Source: Eledone cirrhosa (lineage: Eukaryota). Taken from it: a stretch of DNA of 64,000 nucleotides. This document shows, one piece after another, positions 14,941 through 28,155 of the stretch; within the stretch, counting starts at the first letter, position 1, and each line of letters begins with the position of its first letter. The DNA lies in contig OZ024742.1 of NCBI GenBank assembly GCA_964016885.1, positions 339,016,001-339,080,000 on the forward strand, in the 5' to 3' direction. Below the pieces are notes generated by a model. It ran no database searches and was not told the origin of the DNA. It worked only from the letters and a program-made list of their open reading frames with translations. Position numbers and translations under genes: made by a program.

Positions 14941-15018
14941 ATAAAATGTTTTGAACATAGTTTTGATTATTCTGTAATTTATAAGCAAGTATGTATGTAT
15001 TTATGTATGTATGTATGT

Positions 15019-15565
15019 TTTCTTCTGGTTTTATAATTTCACAAAGTTTTACCAATAGAGAGAGAGTCGGTTTCTAACATAGAAACAAGACTCTCTCATT
15101 GGAATTAACACAACATCAACTAGATCCTGTATGCATGCATATGTAGATATGGATGTTATTGTATGTGTGGATGTGTATGGTTTGAGTTGTATGTGTGCAT
15201 GTGTATATGCTTTGTATCTGTACGTGTGTATATACAGTTATTAGATGCAACATTTTTGGAATGTTTTACATATTTTTACTGTTCCATTAATGGATTGTAC
15301 TTGTAATTTCCTAACTAGTTGTGTTCTTTCTGTTCCTGTGAAGCCCAGCTTCTCAAGATTTGTATTGAGGCAGTTACTAACATATCCCAGTGCCCCAATA
15401 ATCACAGGCATATATCTGAAGGTATAGTCAGGGTGGAGTATCTGCAGATTTCTCATCAGTTCTGCATAAATATTATCCTTTTCACTAATCTTTGATATTA
15501 TATTGGCATCTGCTGGGCAGCTAATTTCCACTACTGTGCATGCGTTCTTCTCCCAGTCCCATATC

Positions 15566-15567
<2 letters not shown>
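15019..15567 (-). mobile_element. 5'-truncated RLE-type non-LTR retrotransposon (R4/Dong-like), C-terminus plus 3' UTR
   Basis: IWD..CTVVEISCP..SEKDNIYAEL..PVIIGALG matches the restriction-like endonuclease C-terminus of R2/R4-group LINEs; (TATG)n on both sides. Confidence 0.8.
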
Positions 15568-15596
<29 letters not shown>

Positions 15597-15643
15597 TGTA
15601 TGTATGTATGTATGTATGTATGTATGTATGTATGTATGTATGT

Positions 15644-15795
15644 GTCAATAATTGTCACAAGTGTAGTGTTTGTACCAGAGTTTTCAAGTCTCTGGCTGGA
15701 CTAAAAAGTCACACTCATTCAGCGCATCGGTAGGGGTTCTCCTACATGGATATAAAGTAGTGGCCGTACTCGAAAACGAGTTGGCAGCCACCAAG
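15644..15795 (+). mobile_element. 3' end of an RTE-like LINE with terminal C2H2-like finger
   Basis: CSVCTRVFKSLAGLKSHTHSAHR-stop, then GGCCGTACTCGAAAACGAG..GCAGCCA 3' motif and a (TATG)n tail. Confidence 0.6.
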
Positions 15796-15811
15796 TATGT
15801 ATGTATGTAGA

Positions 15812-16150
15812 AATAGTGGGGCTGGATACCCGATCGCGCGGTTAAACCACTGGGAGTGAAGGACCCCTAGCCTTTATCAGAGCATTCTTCTAGGAGAAGG
15901 CAACTCAGGAAACTGGGATAACTCCGATATAAAACCTGCGGCTCAGTAGTTACCGATGATGTTGATCTTTTCTTCTTTTCGTGTTATAGCTACTGTCGCT
16001 CAGAGAGTGGGATTGGCTCAGTGCACAGTCTTTCCTCACTTTAAAAAAACAACTTCACCCACAGGCATTGCACGATAGAATTAATTAATAATTATTAATA
16101 ATGGTATATCGTGCAATGGCCATACTCGATAACGAGGGGGCAGCCATCAT
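15812..16150 (+). mobile_element. Non-autonomous RTE-tailed element (SINE-like/bipartite)
   Basis: No ORF; ends in GGCCATACTCGATAACGAG..GCAGCCA, nearly the same 3' motif as at 15760-15795, followed by a TATG-like tail. Confidence 0.55.
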
Positions 16151-16445
16151 ATATGTATGTATATGTGCGTGTGTTTACGTCTTGACAAAAGGAAATCGAG
16201 AAAATAAGTTCCAGACTTGAAAGAAGTATGTACTGGGGTCGCTATGATGGGCAAAATATCCTTTAAAAGCTGCATCACAGCATGATATCGTATGGTCCAG
16301 TAACTCCTGATGGAGTCGTAAGGGCGCCGTAGTAAGGGCGTACCTCGTTTCTTGGCCATTTTAAGCCTGGTGGAGCCCATCCCTCTCCAGGTCTGAACAC
16401 AGCAGATTTCTTCCATAGAAGGATAGAAAGTGCGTGTGAGTGTGT

Positions 16446-16518
<73 letters not shown>

Positions 16519-16637
16519 AAAGGGAGAGAATGAGAAAGAGAGAGAGAGGGGAAGTGAGAAACATGTATCGAGAAGAATCGACTCCAGTACTAGACTGATA
16601 AGTTTTTAACGACCTCGAATGGGAGAAAAGCCACAAT

Positions 16638-17030
16638 CTTCTTCTTCTTCTTCTTCTTCTTCTTCTTCTTCTTCTTCTTCTTCTTCTTCTTCTTCTTCTT
16701 CTTCTTCTTCTTCTTCTTCTTCTTCTTCTTCGCCATCGTATTCCCGAGAGGGTCGTGGGAGAAGAGTCTTCAAACACTCCCTCTAGCGGGTCCTGTCGGA
16801 AGCAACCGTCTCCAACTGATCCGGCTGGATAACCTAAGCGAGACCAGCCAAGCTGATGGATGTTATCCAACCATCTTATTCGGGGTTTACCCCTGGGTTT
16901 CCTGCCGGTTGGATTTTGCCCCCAAAATCTGTCCAGTGATTCTTTCCTGAGTCATTCTAACCACATGCTCATAATATCGGAGCTGTGATCACTCAAAGTA
17001 GCGGCTCTCCCAGGAGTGACTCAGTCTAAT
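16638..17030 (-). mobile_element. 5'-truncated RTE-clade LINE 3' end with (GAA)n tail
   Basis: Minus-strand translation (frameshifted) SQLRYYEHVVRMTQER..PTGRKPRGKPRIRWLDNI, typical of the RTE C-terminus; (CTT)n at 16638-16730 is the tail. Confidence 0.75.
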
Positions 17031-17465
17031 AACTGAGTCATTCTAACCACATGCTCATAATATCGGAGCTGTGATCACTCAAAGTAGCGGCTCTCCCAGG
17101 AGTGACTCAGTCTAATAACTGAGTCATTCTAACCACATGCTCATAATATCGGAGCTGTGATCACTCAAAGTAGCGGCTCTACCTGGAGTGACTCAGTCTA
17201 ATAACTGAGTCATTCTAACCACATGCTCATAATATCGGAGCTGTGATCACTCAAAGTAGCGGCTCTCCCAGGAGTGACTCAGTCTAATCACTGAGTCATT
17301 CTAACCACATGCTCATAATATCGGAGCTGTGATCACTCAAAGTAGCGGCTCTCCCAGGAGTGACTCAGTCTAATAACTGAGTCATTCTAACCACATGCTC
17401 ATAATATCGGAGCTGTGATCACTCAAAGTAGCGGCTCTACCTGGAGTGACTCAGTCTAATGACTG
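16947..17465. repeat. 86-bp minisatellite, 6 near-identical copies, derived from the RTE fragment
   Basis: CTGAGTCATTCTAACC restarts at 16947, 17033, 17119, 17205, 17291, 17377. Confidence 0.95.
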
Positions 17466-17574
17466 AAACAATTAAAATGATATAAAAAATAAAATAACTT
17501 AAAACAAATAAATCACGACGAGAAAACATTAATTGGTAATAAATTAAAACGTACAAATAATGTTTGGTAGAGTG

Positions 17575-17607
<33 letters not shown>

Positions 17608-18769
17608 TAGCACTTCATTTTTTTGTTCAATTTTAATGCATACATGAAACTGATAGAAAATAGAAATTATTCTCTTTATAAATAGAAATATAAACATACT
17701 TTAGTATGAGAAGTGAAAAACAAACAAACAAGAACAACGTCAAAGAGAATAGAAATCAAGGACATGGCATAATAATTGTTGTTGTTGGTATTATCATTAT
17801 TATTATTATAAAAAATAATAATTATTAGTATTACATCATAAATTAGTCATGGAAACAATGGCGTTTGTCATAGCAACAAAAAATATTTATAACATGTCAA
17901 TATTGGATTATTTTGAGAGCGGACCAAGGTCCAAGAGCCGTATATTGAGGAAACAGAAATGTCATTACGTAAGTTTTTTTTAGTCCATTGATTCTGAAAT
18001 AGGAAGCACTTGGCTTCTAGATGAGGAATTTTAACCAAGGAAAGAATTTGGGATGAATGAAAGTCAGGAGAGGAATCGAAACTCGGAAAGAATAGTTTAC
18101 ATTGTGTATATATCAAATTAGTGATTCTCAAATAGGAGGCACTTGACTTCCTCTTAAGAAATTTCAAATCGTAGGGAGGAGTTTTAGCCGAGAGGAAATT
18201 TAAGAGGAATGTAAGTCAGGGTAGTAAATTAAACTGGGAGAGAATAGTGTATATATAAAACAAAATACTAATATGCTTAACTATAAGGGTGACAATGAGT
18301 TAACAACTTCCAAAAAGTAATTTGCTTTAATAAATTAATTTAATTAGCACTGTAAAAGTATAATCGTGAAAACTTTGTCCGATGACAATTCAAAATAGGG
18401 GAGGAATTGAGGAAACCTGGTATCATAAGAGGAGGAATGTATCCTGGGTCTTTAACAACCACTGATTTTGACGTATAAAATAAAAAAAAAGAATCCAAAC
18501 AAGCTATTCCAACGATTAGGAGTCTGTTATTGAAGACTCGGATAACAAGAGTTCATTTTCTATACTGGAATGAATTTCGACGATGTGTGTTCTAGTTGTT
18601 TGATCAACGGAACAGCTTCCTTGTTCAATTAACGTGCACATAGCTGAGCATTTCCCAAACACGACGTGCACCTTTAACGTAATTCTCAGGGAGATGCAGC
18701 GTGACTCCATGTGTGAAAAGACTGGCCTTTATAATTACGAGTACAGTCCATCTGATAGACTTCCACGAA

Positions 18770-18912
18770 GTTTCCATCTATCCCCTTTCACTCACAAGGC
18801 CTAGGTTGACGTAGAGCTAAGGAAAATGACACTTGCTCAAAATGCCTCGCAGTGGGATCGAACTTGACATATTATGAATGCGAAGCGAACTTCTTAATTA
18901 TTCGTCCATGCC
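18770..18912 (-). mobile_element. tRNA-derived SINE family 2
   Basis: GACACTTGCTCAA..GCAGTGGGATCGAAC (reverse B box)..AACTTCTTA..CCATGCC. Confidence 0.65.
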
Positions 18913-20151
18913 GAGTTGATAGACCTTTTATACTAATTATATGTGTTTTGAGCGTTATACTATTGCAAATTCGGATTCTAATGAGATAATCTTTGCTATA
19001 TCCCTGTCTGTGTTCACATCTGGGCGTCAGTAATATAATTAATGGTAAATATCACTTCTAATATACTTCAAGCCAATACAAGACACAAACTCATCCTTGC
19101 CAACAATCAAAACACTCGTTTGTTTTATAATATTGTAGCTGTTTCCGTTACTTACAGTAACAACATATTATAGTCTGGATTGCCGACTTATAACAAGGTA
19201 ACTATGGAGAACAACAGCACCGCTGTGAAAACAGGGAGCCTTAGAGAAGAACATGAATCTGGGAGAGTTTTATTAAAGATTGTATCTGAATCTACAACAT
19301 TTGTCAGACACATCCTGCAGAAAAACGCAGTAGTTTGAGAGAAAGGACAGAAATTAGGGAGTTGTGAGAAGCATTCTTTCTGAGCCTGTGATAATTATTA
19401 CGTCTTATATAACAAATAGGAGTAGCGTTCCATACAAGGATACAGATTTATAAGAGGAGGATATGTAAGGTGATGTTCTAATGGTTGGTAAAGTGAAATG
19501 TAACGACTTCATCTGGAAGTCAAAATTTTAGATTGGGAATTTTATTAACCTCATCGAAATTTTAACATCTAAACTTAATGTACATATCACGATCACAATA
19601 AATGACCATGTTATATTCTGATTGGTCCACTCATTTTATCTTCTTGAAGAAAAATTATTTTATAATAAATTATTTTATATTTCATTATTTCTCACCAAAA
19701 ATATTGACACAAAAATTCAGCTGAAGAAGCTTAATTAGTAAATTCGTATTTATTTTTTATAGTAATGAAGAAAATAAAAAAAATGACAAAATATTAATCA
19801 CAAGTATGTAGTCCAATCTTAAAATAGATTTCGTCAGTGCGATATCACATTTAAGATTATTTATAAAAATAAAGACACCATGTAAGAAAAAAGACGGAAA
19901 CAGTCAAAATGTTTGATACGGGATTAAAACAAGAGTTCAACAGTAACAAGTGTTCAGGAAGTCAAGCCTGGCAAATACAGTTCTGATTTCAGGTAGAAGA
20001 TACACTTCACAACGCTCCTCCCATACCATATTAATACATCCTTTGAGGAAAGACATAAACATCTGTCAACCTCATCGTATATCTTCTCATATATATATAT
20101 GTGTGTATATATATATATATATATACCTATGTACCTAGGTGCTGAAAAGAT

Positions 20152-20299
20152 CATGGCTTTGGGTAAAAGAAAATACAGGAGGATTAGACAATTATGATTT
20201 TATTCAACATATTCTCCTCTCAGATTCACATAATTATTGCAGCAGCTCAACCCTTTCGCGCTACCCTTAACCCAGGAATTTTTCATCAGCACTCCAGTA
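20152..20299. mobile_element. Tc1/mariner-type MITE remnant
   Basis: Imperfect TIRs TACCTAGGTGCTGAAAAGATCATGGCTTTGGGTA / TACCCTTAACCCAGGAATTTTTCATCAGCACTCCAGTA, TA at both ends, no ORF. Confidence 0.55.
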
Positions 20300-20333
20300 T
20301 ATATGTATACACACACTCATATATATAAACACA

Positions 20334-20403
<70 letters not shown>

Positions 20404-20526
20404 GGAGGTGAGTTTTATTGCAGTACAATAAAGCAATGCAGATATCGGATAAGAAGCACTCTACAGTTTGTAGGACTGGAGTATACATAATATATAAGAA
20501 CAAAAGATGGTTAAAAGAGTTCCATG

Positions 20527-20597
20527 TATTTTATTATGCGCATTTCAAAAACAAATATCATCATGCAATAATATTTGTGTTTTCATCAGATAAAACA
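20527..20597 (-). ncRNA. Type I hammerhead ribozyme (family A, mirror copy)
   Basis: Exact reverse complement of 20718-20788. Confidence 0.8.
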
Positions 20598-20717
20598 GGA
20601 AGACATGATATGAAGGTTAAAAAACACTTGTGGATAGTTCAGTTTTAAATCAACAGATATGTTGATTTAAAACTGAACTATCCACAAGTGTTTTTTAACC
20701 TTCATATCATGTCTTCC

Positions 20718-20788
20718 TGTTTTATCTGATGAAAACACAAATATTATTGCATGATGATATTTGTTTTTGAAATGCGCATAATAAAATA
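20718..20788 (+). ncRNA. Type I hammerhead ribozyme (family A)
   Basis: TGTTTTAT-CTGATGA-[AAACACAAATATTATT gcat GATGATATTTGTTTTT]-GAAA-TGCGCA-TA-ATAAAATA; palindromic stem III. Confidence 0.8.
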
Positions 20789-20816
20789 CATGGAACTCTT
20801 TTAACCATCTTTTGTT

Positions 20817-21030
<214 letters not shown>

Positions 21031-21162
21031 TATACATATATATATATGCTCTCGTAAATATATATGTCAATGTCAACATGAATGGACATGTTATTTGTAT
21101 CTAAAGACATTTTTCCAATTCCATCCCGCCCGTCCCCTCAATCTATCTTATTTCGCATTCTT

Positions 21163-21198
21163 TCTTCTGGTGAAGGACTAGCGTCCGAAACGTTAAGA
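21163..21198 (+). ncRNA. Degenerate minimal hammerhead (core A6-to-G)
   Basis: TCTT-CTGGTGA-A-GGAC tagc GTCC-GAAA-CG-TT-AAGA. Confidence 0.45.
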
Positions 21199-21279
21199 CC
21201 CTCTTCCTGCTATATCAAGCGTTAACCTAATATATCTCTTCCATATACTGTACCGATTGTGTTGTTATTTCTGTTTACC

Positions 21280-21410
<131 letters not shown>

Positions 21411-21431
21411 TATATATTTATATATATATAT

Positions 21432-21541
21432 GAAAATGTTGAAGACCCCGACGGCAGAGCTCAAGCCGTTTCGACGGCTATTTCTGCAGAAATAGCCGTC
21501 GAAACGGCTTGAGCTCTGCCGTAGGGGTCTTGAACATTTTC
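21432..21541. repeat. 110-bp near-perfect palindrome without spacer
   Basis: 55-bp arms centred on CTG|CAG, two mismatches. Confidence 0.95.
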
Positions 21542-22018
21542 CTATTACCCACTCTACTACCCAAAGTATTGAGTTCTCTGGTGCGTTATTGTCCACCTAG
21601 TTTTTTACCGCACTTCCTTCCTTATATATATATATATATATATATTTAGATATATATTTACGAGAGCATAATCTGCATATACCAATATTGAATTTCACAA
21701 TATAGGAGCAAAGGAAACATTTATAAAACAATTCATAAAAAATTAAATGAAAAAATACATAAATGGGAGAATTTACAAGAAATGTTGAACATATCACATT
21801 TTTGGTTTCGATTGGTAAAAGTTCAATTTACATTTTATATTTGAATATTAAATAATATTGAATAAAATCAAGTACGGTACTATGTACATTTATAATTAGG
21901 TTTTTAGTACAATTATTATACCTAACAAAGTGTTCTTAGTTGTTGAGCAGTTATTGCACAATTATATAAGGATTTAAGTATATATGTGAGCATGTATGTA
22001 TGTATGTATGTATGTATG

Positions 22019-22477
22019 TTCTTCTGGTTTTATAATTTCACAAATCTTTTCCCAATAAAGAGAGAAAGTCGGTTTCTAACATAGACACAAGACTCTCTCA
22101 TTGGAATTTACACAACATCAACTAGGTAGATTATATATGCATGCATGTGTAGATATGGATGTTATTGTATGTGTGGATGTGTATGTTTTGAGTTGTATGT
22201 GTGCATGTGTATATGCTTTGCATCTGTACATGTGTATATGCAGTTATTAGATGCAAAATGTTTGGAATGTTTTACATATTTTTACTGTTCCATTAATGGA
22301 TTGTACTTGTAATTTCCTAACTAGTTGTGTTCTTTCTGTTCCTGTGAAGCCCAGCTTCTCAAGATTTGTATTGAGGCAGTTACTAACATATCCCAGTGCC
22401 CCAATAATCACAGGCATAAATCTGAAGGTGTAATCAGGGTGGAGTATCTGCAGATTTCTCATCAGTTCTGCATAAAT
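22019..22477 (-). mobile_element. Second 5'-truncated copy of the RLE (R4/Dong-like) LINE
   Basis: Nearly identical to 15019-15472; (TATG)n on both sides. Confidence 0.85.
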
Positions 22478-22539
22478 ATGTATGTATGTATATATTATGT
22501 ATGTATGAATTTATGGGTGTATGTATATATGTATGTATG

Positions 22540-22630
22540 TTCTTCTGGTTTTATAATTTCACAAAGTTTTACCAATAGAGAGAGAGAGTCGGTTTTTAAC
22601 ATAGACACAAGACTCTCTCATTGGAATTTA
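22540..22630 (-). mobile_element. Third copy of the RLE LINE, last ~90 bp of 3' UTR only
   Basis: TTCTTCTGGTTTTATAATTTC..CTCTCATTGGAATT identical block, within (TATG)n. Confidence 0.85.
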
Positions 22631-22632
22631 AT

Positions 22633-23330
22633 CATGTATGTATGTATGTATGTATGTATGTATGTATGTATGTATGTATGTATGTATGTATGTATGTATG
22701 TATGTATGTATGTATGTATGTATGTATGTATGTATGTACGCATGTATGTATGTATGTATGTATGTCTGAATGCATCTATGTATGTATATATGTATGTATG
22801 TATATATGTGAGCTTGTATTTATGAATGTATGTATGTACGTATGTATGAATGTATGTACGCATGTATGTATGTTTGAATGCATCTATATATGTATGCATG
22901 TATGTATGTATGAATGTATGGGTGTAAGTATATATATATATATGTATGTACGAATGTCTGTCTGTCTGCCTTATGTATGTATGTACGAATGTATGTATGT
23001 CTGTCTTATGTATGTATGAATGCATCTATGTATGTATGTATGAATATATGCCCAAACATACACACATACTCTCACACAGAAACACATATATATTTATATA
23101 CATACATATATATGCGTGTATATATACAATATTAAATAAATGGAAAACTATATAAATATAGTATGCGTGTATATATATATGTGCATACATAGGTCTGCGT
23201 ATATACATATACGCATACAATGTATATTATACACAGACATATATACATACGTATATATATATACGTATTTACATATATATACATATTTATATGAATGCAC
23301 AAATATACATACATACGTACATACATGCAT
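22633..23330. repeat. (TATG)n/(TA)n degenerate microsatellite field
   Basis: Direct reading. Confidence 0.9.
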
Positions 23331-23701
23331 TTGACCGTCCTACGCTGTAGTACAGCACAGCGCTCTGTCGCTGTCCGCCATTTTCTATAGTTTCATTGGA
23401 CGGTTTTATTAGCATGCTTGACAAGATGTTGCTAGCCCCATAGCAAAGTCTTGTAGTGCTCTAGCAACGCCATCTACATTTCTTGGAGTAAAGAGACAGG
23501 GTGAATTATTCCCATTACCTCTCTCCTTTACCCCATCCCCTCACACTGTCTTGTATGTAAATCTATGAGAGAGAAAGAGAAAAATATATGCATAAAAGGT
23601 AAATTTAACCTCGGTGGGATTTGAAGCCAGAACGGAAAGCAGGAAAACAGTAAGGCATTTGTATGAGGATCTAACTGTTTTGCTGTCCAGTGCAATATAA
23701 C

Positions 23702-23741
<40 letters not shown>

Positions 23742-23757
23742 ATGTGTGTGTGTGTAT

Positions 23758-23793
<36 letters not shown>

Positions 23794-24277
23794 TTTTAAG
23801 TATGGCGCTAAATAGTATATTGATAGAAAAAATAATAGCAAAAAAAAAAAAACATATTTTTTCAAACCATTGATATTTTGAGCAAACGGTATGGGGATGG
23901 AAACTGCGGATTTAGAATATTTCACATTTATCAAAATGTAACATTATTCTGTTTTTTGAAAATAAATAACAGTAATATACTGGTTTACGTTGAATTGATT
24001 TTCCACCCATGATGAGACAACATAAATGCTTGTCAAAACGAAAAACAAAAACAAAGAAAGAAGGAGCTGTTAGTAAAAATATTGTTGTTGTTGTTGGTGG
24101 TGGCAGCTCTATTTAGCTCCAAGCCACACCCGATTGAGCAGACATAATTAATAGCATTCCAGCTATGGCCATCGCGTTCATAATTTCAGGAATCATGTAA
24201 CTAATACTATTATATTAGACATTATGGTGTGTTTTGGAGAAGCCTCCTTTGCCATTGGCGTCATTGCTGTTGTTAAC

Positions 24278-24620
<343 letters not shown>

Positions 24621-25215
24621 ATATATTTACATACATTATATTATATTGTGCAATATCATATCTCCAATAAGAAAGATTTTCGAATTTGTGCAAGGGACAT
24701 GTAAAAGCAAGAAAAATACAGAAAAATACAAAAACGAACAATAAAACATTACTAATAAATGTTGTATAAGAATACATATATGTACATATACATCAGTATA
24801 TATTGTACATGTTCGTAAGTATATATATACACATAAGTATATATTATACATATTCGTATACAAGTATATATTGTACATATTCGTATACAAGTATATATTG
24901 TACATATTCGTCAGTATATATTGAGTCACCTCAGGATTCAATCTTACATAAATGTTGTTCAATTCTATTTAAGAATTTTTAGTAGATTTTTCACTGCATT
25001 GCAAATCATATCAGTGCGAGTACTCAATACCTATTAACAGTGTATCAAGTTTATTTTCTGGAGAGTTAAGTAGGAGTCACTTTGAAACTTCAGTACTTTT
25101 GGGTGACAATTCCAAGTAATTTCCACGTATCTCATAACAAATAAACTATACATACATACATACATACATATACATATATAAATATATATATGTATACAAT
25201 ATAAATATGTGTATA

Positions 25216-25291
<76 letters not shown>

Positions 25292-25294
25292 TAA

Positions 25295-25357
<63 letters not shown>

Positions 25358-25434
25358 TATATATAGATATTTATATATATATATACACATATTTATATTG
25401 TATACATATATATATTTATATATGTATATGTATG

Positions 25435-25475
<41 letters not shown>

Positions 25476-25514
25476 CTTTGTGTGTGTGTGTATGTGTGTA
25501 TATTCTCAATAACA

Positions 25515-25735
25515 ATGATTTCTAGTATAGGCACAAGGCCAGTAATTTGGGGGAAGAGAAAGTCGATTAAATCGACCTCAGTACGTTACTGGTACTTTAT
25601 TTTATCAACCCCGTAAGGATGAAAGGCAAAGTTAGCCTCGGCGGGATTTTAAATCAAACCGTAAAGGACCGTAACTCTATGCTGCAAAGCATGGTGTCCG
25701 ACGCTCCACCGATACTGCCAATCAATCGCCCTCTG
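25515..25735 (-). mobile_element. SINE family 1
   Basis: GGCACAAGGCCAG..GTCGATTAAATCGACC..GGTACTTTATTTTATC..GGATGAAAGGCAAAG; reverse complement of 33080-33295. Confidence 0.8.
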
Positions 25736-25860
25736 TATTCTCAATAACAATAAATAAACAAATAAAAAACAAAGAAAAGTATATTGCATTGGGTAAACCT
25801 CCGAGATCTGGACGTCTTTTTGTGTTTGTATGCGTGTACGCGTGCGCGCGCGCACACACA

Positions 25861-25950
<90 letters not shown>

Positions 25951-25968
25951 CATATATATATATATATG

Positions 25969-26014
<46 letters not shown>

Positions 26015-26128
26015 TAAGAGGAATTCCAACTTTGTCTGATTTACTCGTTTTATTTACAATCCTTTAAAATATATATAATGGTATTATAATGAAATAGTAT
26101 GATAGAATATTAAATTCTAAGTGTTAAT

Positions 26129-26167
26129 TGAACAAGTACTTTCATGCTTTCGCAATCTTCAGGTTCA
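26129..26167 (-). ncRNA. Minimal type I hammerhead ribozyme (family B)
   Basis: Reverse complement TGAAC-CTGAAGA-T TGC gaaa GCA T-GAAA-GTAC-TT-GTTCA; identical to 53293-53331; lies in a dispersed repeat at 26010-26202. Confidence 0.8.
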
Positions 26168-26426
26168 TGATATGTGGTGACAGTCGAGTTTGCAATTTTC
26201 AACTAATTAGAGCAAACATCACGGGCGCTCTATCTCAAAATTATTTTTGAAAAGCATTAGAAATGCGCAACCGGTAAAACTTAAAACCAAAACTGAATAC
26301 TAACCAATACTATTACTAATTCTCACTTATTCCTAATTAAACTATTTTTCACTGTGAACAATTTGTCAGCATTTTCTTTTCCGTTTACCAATATATCATA
26401 ACTTGTGTGTTACACCTCTATTCTTT

Positions 26427-26512
<86 letters not shown>

Positions 26513-26516
26513 CAAT

Positions 26517-26564
<48 letters not shown>

Positions 26565-26668
26565 CATATACATGTATTCATATATATATATATATATATA
26601 TGTATGTATATATATATATACACATATTCATATATGTATTTGTTTATATATATATGTATATATCTTTC

Positions 26669-26710
<42 letters not shown>

Positions 26711-26720
26711 AGTATGTATG

Positions 26721-26859
<139 letters not shown>

Positions 26860-27344
26860 GTCTCTGTATATATGTATATATATATATGTCTCTATATACA
26901 CATACATACTAATTGTTGCATAGAACAGTACATAAAAATATAATTATGTATAATGTCTGCATTGGTTTTGACACCAGCTTAACAACGCTCATCATTTTTT
27001 CCTTTTTATCCTTCTTTGCCACATCGTACTAGAGCTGATTTCCCTTTAAAAAAAAAATTCAACACAATTTAATTAAAAATTCTTGCGTATTTATATTAAA
27101 TCAAGTGTTGGGCCAGAATAGAGAAGGTTTAAACACGGGAAAATTATTAGAAAAGTCGAAAACGTTCAGCTTTGTACATGGGATATGTAGTTTTAAACAT
27201 GGTAGTATCTAAACTGTAGCCTCGCTTTCATTTTTAACCCACATCGTTGTTAATTACATTGTGGTGGAGAAATAATCGTACGTTAAGCAATGCAGTGGAG
27301 TCGAACACATTAAAACATCCAAATAAGGAATAATAAAACCACAT

Positions 27345-27378
<34 letters not shown>

Positions 27379-27768
27379 GTATATACATATATATATTATA
27401 TTATATATAATATATAATATATTATATTATATATTATATCATAAATATATACATATATATATGTATATATATATACGTACATACATATATTTACATATAT
27501 ACATATATACTTTCAACCATCCAGCCGTCCATCCATATATACATTCATATATAAACTTGATAAATATTGAACACAAAGAGATCGAATTAGGTTAACTTAT
27601 AGGAATTGGGCCATGCATTTCTTGCAAATCGTGAGTACATTACAGATGTATAAATATATATGTATATATATATATATGGATATATATATATATATATATA
27701 TAAATTATATACTTATACTTAAGTATACATGCATATATTTAATAAATGTGTATCATAGACACTTATAT

Positions 27769-27997
<229 letters not shown>

Positions 27998-28155
27998 CAT
28001 ACATGCATATATATATATATTTTTTAAAAATTTTATTCATATATATGCGTATGTCTAGGTATATACGCATATCATCTGCATTTCTGTATTACTGTGAGTT
28101 AATCTGGTTCAATAAACAGAAACGAATCCCTTTCCCCTTTCTATTTAATTCACTG

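Noticed and set aside
19125-19175. Hairpin with GAAA-CAGC-TA on the minus strand resembling a hammerhead 3' half
   Set aside because: CUGANGA half is absent
20280-20292. TCATCAG (CTGATGA on the minus strand)
   Set aside because: Part of a MITE terminal inverted repeat; no stem II/GAAA/stem I arrangement
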